Source of the DNA: Octopus vulgaris
Lineage: Eukaryota
Direction: 5' to 3'
Assembly: GCA_951406725.2 (NCBI GenBank)
Contig: OX597816.1
Span: forward strand, 61,132,001 to 61,196,000
DNA: 64,000 nt
The translations under genes were made by a program, and so were the position numbers. Shown piece after piece: positions 1 through 12,087 of this stretch (positions are counted from its first letter, which is position 1; each line of letters starts with the position of its first letter). Under the pieces are notes generated by a model. The model had not been told where the DNA came from. It made no database searches and saw nothing but the letters and a program-made list of their open reading frames with translations.

Positions 1-99
1 CCAGTAACTCTTGTATCAAAATATTGATTAAGAAAAAAGAAAAAGGGAATCGCTTTAATGAGAACTTTGTGCCTGGCGACTACGACACCACGCCCTACC

Positions 100-147
100 G
101 TAACTTTCCCCACCGGTGGGGCATAGGCTCCACGTTGGGAATCACTG
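100..147. mobile_element. Terminus of a hAT-type MITE (partner end not found)
   Basis: ttgggaatcactg at 135-147 is the reverse complement of cagtgattcccaa, a Charlie/hAT-like TIR; similar ends occur at 16786/17036. Confidence 0.35.
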
Positions 148-1878
148 ATCAAAAGAAGAAAAATAACATGATGAATAAAGTATTCAGCAAAGAGAAAACG
201 TTTAGCTATGTTGAATGATGCCAAATCTAGTTCAGCCCTGATTAGTCAGCCCCATGTTATTTACGTATAATGTGTATGTAGAATTTTCCGAGGTGTCTTT
301 TTTTTTAAAAAAAAGATACAAAAATATAGTTTGAAAGAGATTTGTTCGCCACTTCTAGCAGATTGAGTACCATGTAATGTAATTTCCTGGTTGAAGTTCA
401 TAAAATCATAGTGATCTAGAAAGTTTATTTCAATAAAACATTTCATAATTATAAGTGTTATAAACTCCAAACAGCAAGGGAAAGGTGAGGAAAATGTTGG
501 ATTTATTTTGAATAGAGTTTCGCCCTGGGCACATGTGAGAATTCTTCAACAATCCACGGCGGCACACCAAGCAATACAAGTCGCTGAATCTGATAAAGAT
601 CGAGCCAGCGTCGTAATTGTATGTTTTCGTTAATTATCTGCTGAGCTGTATTTTGTTGGGATTCACAATAAAACGAGGAGCAGCAGGGCTCGACGAGACG
701 TGCAAATCGAATTGAAATGAAATTGAAACGAATTCGATTTTACGAACGAAAAATAAGAAATTACCCCTTATAGCTTATTTGTCTGACAAAGTAGACCTAT
801 AATAAAAAAAAGCATCCCCTCTGTTCAGAAGTAATACATATCTAAGGGGTCTTCATTTGCTCCAGGTTGTTTTTTGGGGTCAATTTGTCAACATATTAAG
901 AAAAGTGTACATGAGATTAAAAACAGTTTTTGTTATCTCCCTTTGACCGATGTATACCGTTTCTTTGCTCGCCACTAACTGGATATGTCTATTTAGAAAT
1001 CAAGAAAGAAAATGTGCTTAGAGCTATTTGCATAATGAAATATAACGATTGCTTAAACGAAAGAATACAAGAAATAAAACTATTTTGTAGATACATTTAA
1101 AAAAACGTATAGCCTTTAAAAAAAATTGACAATTTTATTTTTTTATAGCCTTTCATTGTTTTATTACCCTGAACATGAACTCACTTCATTGTCACCTAGC
1201 TCTTTTCTATAGAGATTTCCATCCTTTTGGAATTGGTAAAATAAAATAGCAGTCAAATACTGAGGTCGATGGTATCGACTAACCCCCTCCGCTCAAAAAT
1301 CGCTAGCCTTGCGCCTAAATCAAAAATCAATATTATCGTTGTTGATATTGAGGTTTCTGTAAATAATTTTGGGTGATCTTTCTGCCCAACTATTACATGG
1401 AAAGTTACAATTTTCTGTTCGTATATCTCAGCGACACACCGTTACACAAAAACACAATAAAAAGGACTTCTACTCTTATAAAAATTAAATATCTTATCAT
1501 GCTTAAAACTTCAGATAATTATTTCTCAACTTAAAAGAATTTAATTGGTGTCATTTTCACAAACATAAGGTATGGCCGATTTTTCAATAAAATGAAGACT
1601 AGTTTATTGTGTAATACTTGAGCAGCTGTTTTCTTTTTTATAAAACAAACTATAACTTTGATTTTGAATTATGCTAGAAATCCAAGCTTGTGTCCGGTAA
1701 CAATATATTTACCTTAATACATATATTACTTGATTTTGTTTCCTTGTAACTTTTGGTCTTAACTATCGCTCTGTGTGTGTGTACATGATCCCCGAAGAAA
1801 CTTCAAGTTGCATGAAGCCGAATCAGACTGTTTTAAACAATATTACATGTAACTGCTACTCATGCGTGTGTATGTGTG

Positions 1879-1909
<31 letters not shown>

Positions 1910-2320
1910 GGGCGGAGGGGAATTATGCGGATAAACAAATTAGATATACTAAATATAATATATTTAAGTATAAATATATATGGGTAGCAGCACGAAATTT
2001 TGTCAGTGAACAGGTCGCGGTTTCAAAGTGACGAAAATATTTTGACACAAATTAAATTTAAACATTGAAGTGAATCTAACGGTTTTTGTGTGTGTTTTAA
2101 ATGGCTTATAAACACCTTCCACGCTGCAATTGTTTTATAAATATATAGATATTTATATAAATCGATCCAACTTGCACAGAGTACAAACGATAGAGGAAAT
2201 CAAAGGGGTAGAAGAAAGGTGTTATAAGTCCAACAGCTGTTTCTGAGGTGCGGAGATCCATGATAATATTAGTAAATGTAGTTTTTGAACTTTCCAGCAT
2301 TAACATCTGAAATGTAAGAT

Positions 2321-2447
2321 CTCTACCCTGATGACGGAGGCTCGCCTTATCCAATGTTGATTGTATCCATTACGGCCGCATATTGTAATGAAATACATCT
2401 ACCAACATTGTCATGGATTTCAAAGCCCCCAGAAACAGTTGTTGGAC
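2321..2447 (+). ncRNA. Degenerate type-I hammerhead ribozyme with long stem II
   Basis: CTGATGA 2328-2334, ggaggct...agccccc closing a ~95-nt stem II region, GAAACAGTTGTT 2432-2443; the inverted partner arm reads GAAACAGCTGTT; stem I is weak. Confidence 0.5.
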
Positions 2448-2735
2448 TTATAACACCTTTCTTCCGCACCTTTAATTTTCTATATCGTTTGTGCTCTGTG
2501 TAAGTTGGATCTATTAATATGAATATCAATATATTCATATTTAAATGCTTAAGGGATATGGTATCATCCAATGAATTACTGGTTTAATACCTAATGTTTG
2601 TTGTGAATAATAATATTATTCATAAAACAATAGCTTTATATATAAATCATGGTTTATAATCATTCAAAAGAAAGTAAGAAAATGGAGATATAACATTTAA
2701 TAAAAAATTTATTACCTGCCAAAATCAAACATAGT

Positions 2736-2818
2736 CCCTTACAGCTGTTTCAATTAAGCCTAATAGATTAAATAGCAATTATTAAAATCATTATATTAGG
2801 CAAAATCTCTTCAGAGGG
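2736..2818 (-). ncRNA. Type-I hammerhead ribozyme (GUA site)
   Basis: Minus strand: ccct-CTGAAGA-(gcctaat...ttaggc stem II)-GAAACAGCTGTA-aggg; stem I ccct/aggg; palindromic stem III ACAGCTGT. Confidence 0.75.
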
Positions 2819-2913
2819 ATAGAAAAAAGATATACCGTTAGGTTTTAAGTGTTGCATTTTAGAATTGAAAAAAACAACACTTAAAAACCTAACGGTATAT
2901 CTTTTTTCTTTAA

Positions 2914-2996
2914 CCCTCTGAAGAGATATTGCCTAATATAATGATTTTAATAATTGCTATTTAATCTACTAGGCTTACTTGAAACAGCTGTTAGGG
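2914..2996 (+). ncRNA. Type-I hammerhead ribozyme (GUU site), inverted partner of 2736-2818
   Basis: ccct-CTGAAGA(2918-2924)...GAAACAGCTGTT(2981-2992)-aggg. Confidence 0.75.
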
Positions 2997-3359
2997 AATA
3001 TGTTTGATTTTTGCAGGTAATAAAATTTTATTAAGTGTTATATCTCCATTTTTTTACTTTCTTTTGAATGGTTATTTAAATAGTTATCGTTTGAAAGTGT
3101 CCACCTTTTTGCTTTCTCTTATTTTGCATGTATACATATATGTATATTTTGCACTTCATATCGAATTATTATATTTGATATATATAATTTGTTTATCTGC
3201 ATAACTTGCCTCTGCATTCGCTCAACTTGATCCCTCTTATAGCATATTGTTTACCCTGTTGAATCGATCACCTGTAAAGGTATCGGGGTCTAAGTTTGAA
3301 TATCTTGAGCACTACTAAGTGTCTTCTATACTGAGAATCTATGGGGGTCATTTGTGGAC

Positions 3360-3410
<51 letters not shown>

Positions 3411-4623
3411 GTATATATACATACGTACTGATGTATGTATATATGTTTCTACGTATATGACACACCCACGCATACACACTTATACGTGTGTGTGTGATGT
3501 CCGCATATATTATATATGCATGTTGGAAGTCGAACAGCCTGTGAATTTTACAGCTAACCTTGAATATTGGAACTCGATATATAAACCGAATAAAAAGCAA
3601 GAATAAAATAGTTCAAGTGTGAAATAAAGTAAATCGACAACAATAATTTCCTTTATTCAAATAACATTTCAAAGAAAACCCATTAAAAACACCGAGCTTA
3701 CACAATAATTTCGATGCTTCGAACATCGAACAGGCGGTGAAGTGTAATAATGATCCTACATTAAATTTTCTTCCACTAGTAAGGATATTACCTCGCAGTT
3801 GTTTAACCCTATTTTAGCCCTGATCAAAAGAGTTCCAGCCATGACAATCTCATTTCATTCGGAACTAGAATATCCAATGTGTCTTTTATTAAGGAGACAG
3901 TAATTTCTGAGCGTTCACACTACAAGAAGTTTCGTTGCTATCTCTAGCGGATACAGTGTCTACGTAGAGGATATTTTTTCAGATTCATATAACATACATA
4001 GATTCAAGCTTCTTTCAGTTTCCATCTACCTAATTCCCTCACAAGGCTTTAGTCAGTCTTGGCTGTAATAGTCGACACTTGCCCATATGCTTACAGCCGA
4101 GAGAGTTCTGTGTGGTAGCTCGACCTGTTAGGAAATAAGCCTTTAGTTTTAAAATGCGGGGGGAAAAGAAACATACTGGTAAATGTAGGCAACGATGCAC
4201 ATTACCTGGAAAAAGTCGCGATGGTCAGAGCTGGAACGTCCATGATCATAAGTCAATTCAATCTGAGTTGACTTGGGGCTAAACAACTCGGAAAAATTAA
4301 CGAAAAGCATATCCAAGAAATCTCTTTTTTAAAAGGACATCAACAAGACGCGAATTGCAGAGATATTAAAATGTAACTTCCATATATAGATTGCTTTTCT
4401 TTTAGTTCAAATTCTTTATTCTCTACATTGTCTGCTTCTTTTCGGTTAATGTTTGAATGTTTTTGTGTACATTTATTCATAAAACAAACGCGTTAACACA
4501 CACACGCATATATGTTCAAATATAGACATACATGTGTGCGAAAAGGAATCTAGTGCAAAGTATGAAACCCGCGACCCGTGACTCACCTATGTAACGTTTC
4601 AGCTGATTAATCTGAATGTGTGT

Positions 4624-5810
4624 ATCATCATCGTCTTTTAACGTCCGTTGTCCATGCTGACATGGGTTGGACGGTTTAACCAGGCTGATTAGCTGCGGGG
4701 CTGCACCAGACTCCAGTCTGATTTAGCATGGTTTCTACAGCTGGATGCCCTATCCTAACACCAACCACTCCGAGAGTCTAATAGGTGCTTTTGCGTGCCA
4801 CCGGTATGTGGGCCAGTTGCGTGACACCAGTATCTGCTACGACTATGATTTCACTTGGCTTGATGAATCTGCTTCTCAAGCACAGCATATTGCCAAAGAT
4901 TTCAGTCATTTGTCATTGCTTCTGTGAGGCCCAACGCTTGAAAAGTGATCTTTACGTGTCACTGGCACAGGTGCCAGTTACGTGACACCAACAACGACCA
5001 CGACTATATTTCACTTGGCTTGACAGGTCTTCTCAAACACGGCATATCGCCAAAGGTCTCAGTCACTAGTCATAGCCTTCGTGAGGCCCAACATTCGTAG
5101 ATCATGCTTCACCACCTGGTCCCGTGTCTTCCACTTCCACCCTCTACTATTAGAGATTGGCACTTCTTCAAACAGCTGTCCACATTCATCCACATCACAT
5201 GACCATACCAACACAGTAGTCTCTCTTGCACACTACATCTGATGCCTCTTAAGTCCAACTTTTCTCTCAAGACACTTACACCCTGTCATACATACATACA
5301 CACTGACATTGCACATCCAGCAAAGCATACTGGCTTCATTTCTTTCAAGCCTTCACATGTCCTCTGCAGTCACAACCCATGTTTCACTGCCATGTAGCAT
5401 GGCTGTTTGCACACAGGCATCATACAGTCTGCCTTTCACTCTGAGGGAGGGGCCCTTTGTTACCAACAGAGTTAGAAGCTCTCTGAACTTTACCCAGCCT
5501 ATTCTTATTCTAACAGCTATGCTCTCGGAGCATCCACCTCTGCTACTGACTTTGGTCACCTAGATAATGGAAGCTATCAACTACTTCCAGCTTTCCCTGC
5601 TGGCATTTAATGGTGTTTATTTTCTGTACACGTTTAGTGTTAACTGTACTTGTGCACCTTCCACACACAAAAACTAGTTTCCCTGTTAACCTTCCTCTGA
5701 TATTGCTGCACCTCTTATGTGTCCATAGCTTACACCAGGTACATCTTATGGTGTTTCTACCTATGCCTTTTCTACTGATTGAGCAGGGACATCTACCTAC
5801 CTCAAGGGAT
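4624..5810 (-). mobile_element. RTE LINE, 5'-truncated degenerate copy (RT C-terminus, 3' UTR, (gat)n tail)
   Basis: ORF 5353-5559 (RIGWVKFRELLTLL...MLHGSETW) matches the 11032-12087 ORF; 3' UTR matches 13560-13737. Confidence 0.9.
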
Positions 5811-5939
5811 TTATATTATTATCATCATCATCGTTTTAGCATCCACTTTTCCATGTTTCTATGGGCCAGACAGAATTAGTTAAGGCAGATTTTCTACAGT
5901 CAAGTGTTCCTTCTGTTGCCAACACTCATCTGCTTCTTA

Positions 5940-6163
5940 TTTCTTTACTACCCACAAGGGGCTACACACAGAGGGGACAAACAAGGACGGACAGAGATTA
6001 AGTTGATTATATCGACCCCAGTGCATAACTGGTACTTATTTAATTGACCCCGAAAGGATGAAAGGCAAAGTCGACCTCGGCGGAATTTGAACTCAGAACG
6101 TAACGGCAGACAGAATACTGGTAAGCATTTTGCCCAGCGTGCTAACATTTCTGCCAGCTCACC
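5940..6163 (-). mobile_element. SINE with Nin/Deu-like core domain
   Basis: Minus strand has A-box-like tggcagaaatgttag, B-box gagttcaaattcc and core gcctttcatcctttcggggtc...aagtaccag; other copies at ~34140-34555, ~52860-52970, ~61995-62210. Confidence 0.8.
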
Positions 6164-6239
6164 ACAGAGAGCTGCAAATATTCCGATTTCAAGTCGACAA
6201 TCATCGCCACCTTCATCATCTGTCTCCATTTGCATAGTG

Positions 6240-7790
6240 TCTCACCGCAGATGTCAGTCACCTTGCCACCCATGGCCATTCATCTCCCAAAAGTCCAGTA
6301 CCAGCCTGCCTTTCCCTTTGTTGGCTGCAGCACTGCCATTAGTGGTAGCACTCTGCTCACCACCTCCTCCTTCCATGGGATAAGAAAGCACGCCTTAATC
6401 CACCTCTCCTTCAAACTCACTCCTGGTATGTCCTTTCAAGATATGCTGGTAGCAGCTCAGCCTGTTCTTCAACATCGGAGGCTTCCCTTTCCAATCTCAC
6501 TCTACCATCCACCGCTGACCCTCGAACACCACCTGAAAATCTTTGTGCTCAACAGTGCAAGCAGTTCAATCCCTTGTGGAGCTCTTCTCCCTCTCATGTT
6601 GCAGACTCATGGCACATGACGCCTCTGCACCACCAAACGAAACCACATCTCTACCAACACTGACACCTTTAAGGCGGTTGATCGCATCCATCCACATCAC
6701 CACATCAATTCCATCTACCACATGGTCAATCACAATCGCCTGCAGCCTCAGTGTTGTGCCCCGCACCACTATCTCCACATCGCTGTTACCTTTACATTCA
6801 ATATTTCTGCCATCAACTGCCCAAACACTATTCATCCCTTTTGATTTTTGACACACTTGGGGTCATGAGAAATGTTATACAGCCCGTATCCAAGAGGGCT
6901 TTGAACGCCTTTCCCAAAACCAAGACTTCAACTACGGGCAGTGACTGCACGAGCACCTCTTCTCACTCAAGGGGGAAGTTTGAGTGTCAGCAGCACCCTC
7001 ATGGCCTTTCCCCTGGCTGCAATTTTGAGTGATGTGCCCAGTCTGCCTGCACCAATAGCAAATAGGTCTGGACTTCATCTCTGTGCACTCCCTGGCCCTT
7101 GAAGCACTAGCCCATGAATGGTAGCAGTTGCTCCACAGCAGTTTTCTTCATTCTTTACCAGTTGTTGCATTATGTCACGGCCTTCCGAAGCTGCTATCAC
7201 CACTGCCTTCCACCTGGTGCCTTATGTTGACACACAGGCTTTAGTGATGAGCTCGCTCATTGCCATTTTCTTGCTGCCTGGCAATTGTTGCAGTCACACT
7301 GATATGTCGTCAGGAAAGCCATTGACGAAGGCCAGCCATGCCACCTTCTCTAGACCCTCTCTGGTAAAACCTCCATAGCATACTCGCTGACCTGTTCCCC
7401 TGTACACCTGATCGTTCCTAGTTTAGCAAACGCTCCCTCCATATAGGTTTCCTTCAAGCACTGCTCCATCTTCACCACACTCAACTGGTCTTCCTCATCC
7501 ATCTCAAGGTAAAACTCCAGCACACTTCCCTCCAGGTACAGAGCCATGACACCTGCTACATCACTGATGCCTTGTAACCTGGCCACTACCTTGATCTTTT
7601 GGATCCAGGTCACCACATCTCTTTTGACAAATGACCCTGGTCTTGCTTTCCTCACTTACTCTCTCCCCCTTCTTGTTCCAGTCAGGCCCCTTGACCATTG
7701 ACATCACAGCCCTTTCCTTCCAACTCATCTCATCTACACACCAGCCAAGAACAGGAGCAGTCCTTCCACTAAGCTTCCACACGGTTTGTG
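6240..7790 (-). mobile_element. Ty3/Gypsy LTR retrotransposon remnant (gag, CCHC knuckle, aspartic protease, RT start); no LTR seen
   Basis: Gag-like ORF 7350-7655 (DVVTWIQKIKVVARLQGISDVAGVMALYLEG); CYWCRQTGHITQNC at 7019-7060; ALLDTGC with DTG at 6882-6890; RT start WIK...LPLMAVLQPTKGK near 6310-6400. Confidence 0.85.
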
Positions 7791-8208
7791 GTTTTTAAAT
7801 TTCCCTCCCAAGTTTTTTCACCAATTTAGGACTATGTTAGAAGACACTTTCCCAAAGCATTGCAACCAAACTTCTTTATGCCAGGTGATGAGAAATGAAA
7901 GCGTGAGGGACAGGAACCAATGTCTTTATCATCATGGTTTTAATGTCCACTTCTCCATGCTTACAAGGATCAAACCTTTTCAAAGTGGATTTTCCATGGC
8001 TTGATGTCCTTCCTGTTGCTAACTCTTACCTGTTTCCAAGTCATGTAATATTTCCCCATAACCAAACATTCTTTTCATGGAAGATTGACAATGTAGGACA
8101 CTGCTTGCAACTATCACATGATGTCAAAGCAAGGAAACATTTACAGACACACACACATATATACTTACCATGATGATGACAATGATATATATATATATAT
8201 ATATATAT

Positions 8209-9050
8209 ACAAGGGTTAATCAAAAATTGTACTGTCTTGTTTCTGAAATTTAGTTGAACTGTTGCATAATTTTTCAACATAGCTTCTTTTCAGTGCACTT
8301 CTTCCAGAGGTCCACAGCTTGCTTATTTCATAGGAAAAGGAGGTTTTCAGCTGGTTGCACAGTCATCTATGCACCATTTCCTGCACTTATTCATCTGTAG
8401 AAAATTGACAACCTCATAAAAGATGTTTGAGCTATCCAAAGAGGTGATAGTTGGAAGGGACAAAATCTGGACTGTATGCAGTGTGTTTCAGAAACTTGAA
8501 ACCAAATTCTTCAATAGTTGAACAGTGTGGGCAGCCGTATATATGCATACATTGTAGTGCAACAATAACACTTGCTCTGATAATGCACCTCGGCATTTGG
8601 TGTAGATTACTGGTTTCAGTTTGTTGACCACCTTTACACTATGGCCCACACTAGTGACAGTTGATCCCTTTCCCAGATAATGTTCCAGTATAAGCCTTTC
8701 GTGTCCCAAAAAATGGTTAGCATCGCTTTTTTCTGTGGAAGTTTGAGTCTTGAACTCAAAGTGGCAGACCCAGGCCTCATCTCTTGTTACTATTCTCTCC
8801 TAAAAAGCTTCACCTTCATCACTGTTACAGCCGAGTAAGTGTTGATAAATCACACGAATGCACTTAAGTGCTTCAGTAAGCTTTCTTGGTACCCATCTCA
8901 CATAAACTTTGCAATGACAAATCTTGTCCTGGGTGATTTTGTATGCAGAACCATAACTAATTTGCAGAGAACATGCCACTTCATCTATCATACTCTCAAT
9001 TTTGGTCAACTTGTGCCACAGGGTCTCGGAGGAGATAGTGTTAGTTGAAG
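8209..9050 (-). mobile_element. Mariner transposon remnant
   Basis: KVYVRWVPRKLT (WVPxxL motif), decayed HDNARPH-like HYNVCIYTAAHTV, TIR-like caagggttaatcaaaaa after (TA)n. Confidence 0.8.
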
Positions 9051-9680
9051 GCTACCAAACCTGCCAAACGCAGACAACTTCAACTTTATATATAAAGATT
9101 ACATGTGATTTGTGAATACAGGTCCAAATGGGACAGAATTCAGACATATTAAATGTAACTGATCTTAATTTACAACATCAGTCAAGGTGGAGTTTACAAA
9201 AATATGTTTAAAAGAATGTATATACATAAGTCAACAAGAAAATTTATGTTGTAGAAACAATGTCATGGAAAAGTACACATATATCTTCATGCTTTCTAAT
9301 GTCAATTGAATAAAGTGTATTTGCTATAGAAAATAAAGATGTGTCTGTTTTTGTAAAATCAAATTGTAAACACACTATAGTGAACAGCAAGTAGAAAATG
9401 TTGATAACATATGTTTATGAGTAGAAATGAGGTAATAAATGATTTTTTTTCATTCAGACAAGATTGCTTTATGATTTAAAATAACAGATTTCGTCCTGTC
9501 ATGACTAAGTGCAAAGCTAACAACTAGTTAAGAGTTAGAGAGTGTGAAATAATACAGCTTAACTTATGGCTATTGGTGCAACTAGACAACTAGAGAGAAG
9601 CTGAGACAGTCGTGTATTTTCTTAAATAGAGAAAAATTGCTCCCAGGCAACTAGTCTCTGGGTAAAATAATTCTTGTGAC

Positions 9681-10077
9681 AGGCACAGGAGTGGTTGTGT
9701 GGTAAGTAGCTTGCTTACAAGCCACATGGTTCTGAGTTTAGTCTCACTGCATGGCACCTTGGGCAAATGTCTTCTACTATAGCCTTGGGCTGACCAAAAC
9801 CTTGTGAGTGGATTTGGTAGACGGAAACTGAAAGAAGCCCATTGTCTATATGTATATATATATATGTATGTATGTGTGTCTGTCCCCCAACATCACTTGA
9901 CAGCTGATGGTGGTGTGTTTACGTCCCCCACAACTTAGCGGTTCAGCAAAAAAGACCAATAGAATAAATACTAGGCTTACAAAGAATAAGTGCTGGGGTC
10001 GATTTGCTCGACTAAAGGCGATGCTCCAGCTTGGCCACAGTCAAATGACTGAAACCAGTAAAAGAGTAAAGAGAGAG
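9681..10077 (+). mobile_element. tRNA-derived SINE, family A
   Basis: Head ggcacaggagtggttgtgtggtaag...; body gagtggatttggtagacggaaactgaaagaagcc; tail ...cagtcaaatgactgaaac; >10 copies in the window. Confidence 0.85.
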
Positions 10078-10219
10078 ATTCATGATTCAACATTACTTGC
10101 ATCAATTGGTGAATATTCATCTGTCACACCTGACTTTACACTTTATGAATGAATGTATGTACATGTGTGTGTGTGTGTGTATGTATGTGTATTTATATAT
10201 ATATATATATATATATATA

Positions 10220-10370
10220 CTTTATTTAAAAGCAGCAGAAATATAACAAAAGCTGTTACTCAGAGTTTTGTTATATTTCTGCTGCTTTTAAATAAAGCAT
10301 ATTACTCTACCTCTGGTATTTGAGTACTCTTTTTTCCACCTTGTTTCACATTTATGTGCTTACTCCGGTA
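10220..10370. mobile_element. Foldback PLE-terminus-like element, truncated member of the 13891/25969 family
   Basis: 32-bp IR 10220-10251/10266-10297 plus the same 3' tail as 13960-14037 and 26130-26203; flanked by (TA)n. Confidence 0.7.
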
Positions 10371-10385
10371 TATATACATACATAC

Positions 10386-10492
<107 letters not shown>

Positions 10493-10494
10493 TT

Positions 10495-12087
10495 CAGGAA
10501 TTACTGCAGAGATGCTCAAAATATCTGGTAGTGTCGGCTATAGCTTAGTCACCCGTATAGTAAACCAGGTGATACACGAAGGAGTCATACCCAATGACTG
10601 GTGTAGCAGCATAATAGTCAACTGCTACAAAGGTAAAGGCGACGCCCTAGATACAAATAACTACAGGGGCATCAAGCTGCTGGATCAGGTAATGAAGGTT
10701 ACGGAGAGGGTTATAGCCCAATTAATTAGAGAGAGAGTTAGCTTAGATGATATGCAGTTTGGGTTCGTGTCAGGGAAAAGTACTACTGATGCTATATTCA
10801 TGGTAAGACAGCTGCAGGAGAAATACCTAGCCAAAGATAAGCCCTGTACCTGGCTTTCGTTAACATGGAGAAAGCCTTTGACAGGGTCCCCCGATCCCTT
10901 ATCTGGTGGTCAATGAGGAAACTAGGGATAGATGAATGGTTAGGTGAGAGCTGTGCAAGCCATGTACAGAGACGCTGCTAAGTAAGGTGAGGGTTGGCAA
11001 CACGTACAGTGAAGAATTCAAAGGGTAGAGGTTGGGGTCCACCAAGGTTCAGTACTCAGTCCTCCTCCTATTTATCATAGTCCTCCAGGCAATAACGGAG
11101 GAATTCAAGACAGGATGCCCCTGGGAGCTCCTCTATGCTGATGACCTTGCTCTAATTGCTGAGTCGCTATCAGAACTGGAGGAGAAGTTTCAGGTGTGGA
11201 AACAAGGATTAGAATCGAAGGGCCTTAGAATCAACCTAGCCAAAACCAAAGTCCTAATAAGTAGGAAGGTGGACCAATCACAAACGACTTCAGGTAGATG
11301 GCCCTGCTCGATCTGTAAAAAAGGTGTAGGTAGAAACTCTATAAGGTGCACCAAGTGTAAGCTATGGACACATAAGAGGTGCAGCAATGTCAAAGGAAGG
11401 CTAACTAAGAAAATAGTTTTTGTCTGTGGCAGATGCTCAGGAGCAATAAACACTGGAAATGTGCAGAGACCAACTTCTACCACGTTCCAGGGAGACAAAC
11501 TAGAAGTAGTTGATAGCTTCCGCTACCTAGGAGACCAAGTCAGTAGCGGGGGTGGGTGTGCTGAAAGTGTAACTGCTAGAGTAAGAATAGCCTGGGCAAA
11601 GTTTAGAGAGCTCTTACCCCTGCTGGTGACAAAAGGCCTCTCGCTAAGAGTAAAAGGCAGACTATATGATGCGTGTGTACGTACAGCCATGCTACATGGT
11701 AGTGAAACATGGGCCGTGACTGCTGAGGATATGTGTAAGCTCGCAAGAAATGAAGCCAGTATGCTCCGATGGATGTGTAATGTCAGTGTTAATAATCGTC
11801 AGAGTGTAAGTACTTTGAGAGAAAAGTTGAACCTAAGAAGTGTCAGTTGTGGTGTGCAAGAGAGACGGCTGCGCTGGTATGGTCATGTGACGAGAATGGC
11901 TGAAGATAGTTGTGTGCAAAAGTGCTACACCCTAGCAGTTGAGGGAACCTGTGGAAGAGGTAGACCCAGGAAAACCTGGGACGAGGTGGTGAAGCACGAC
12001 CTTCGAACTTTAGGTCTCACCAAGGAAATGACTGAAGACCGAGTCCTATGGAAGTGTGCTGTGCATGAGAGGACCCGGCAGGACTAG
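10495..12087 (+). pseudogene. RTE reverse transcriptase with frameshifts (~10845-11060) and in-frame PHD finger (11305-11436)
   Basis: ORFs 10320-10916 and 11032-12087 join across small indels; YADD motif; C4HC3 pattern CSIC..CTKC...H..C..CGRC. Confidence 0.9.

Noticed and set aside
1788-1835. Hammerhead-like ccgaaga-cttca/tgaag-gaatcagactgt
   Set aside because: Two core mismatches and no stem I
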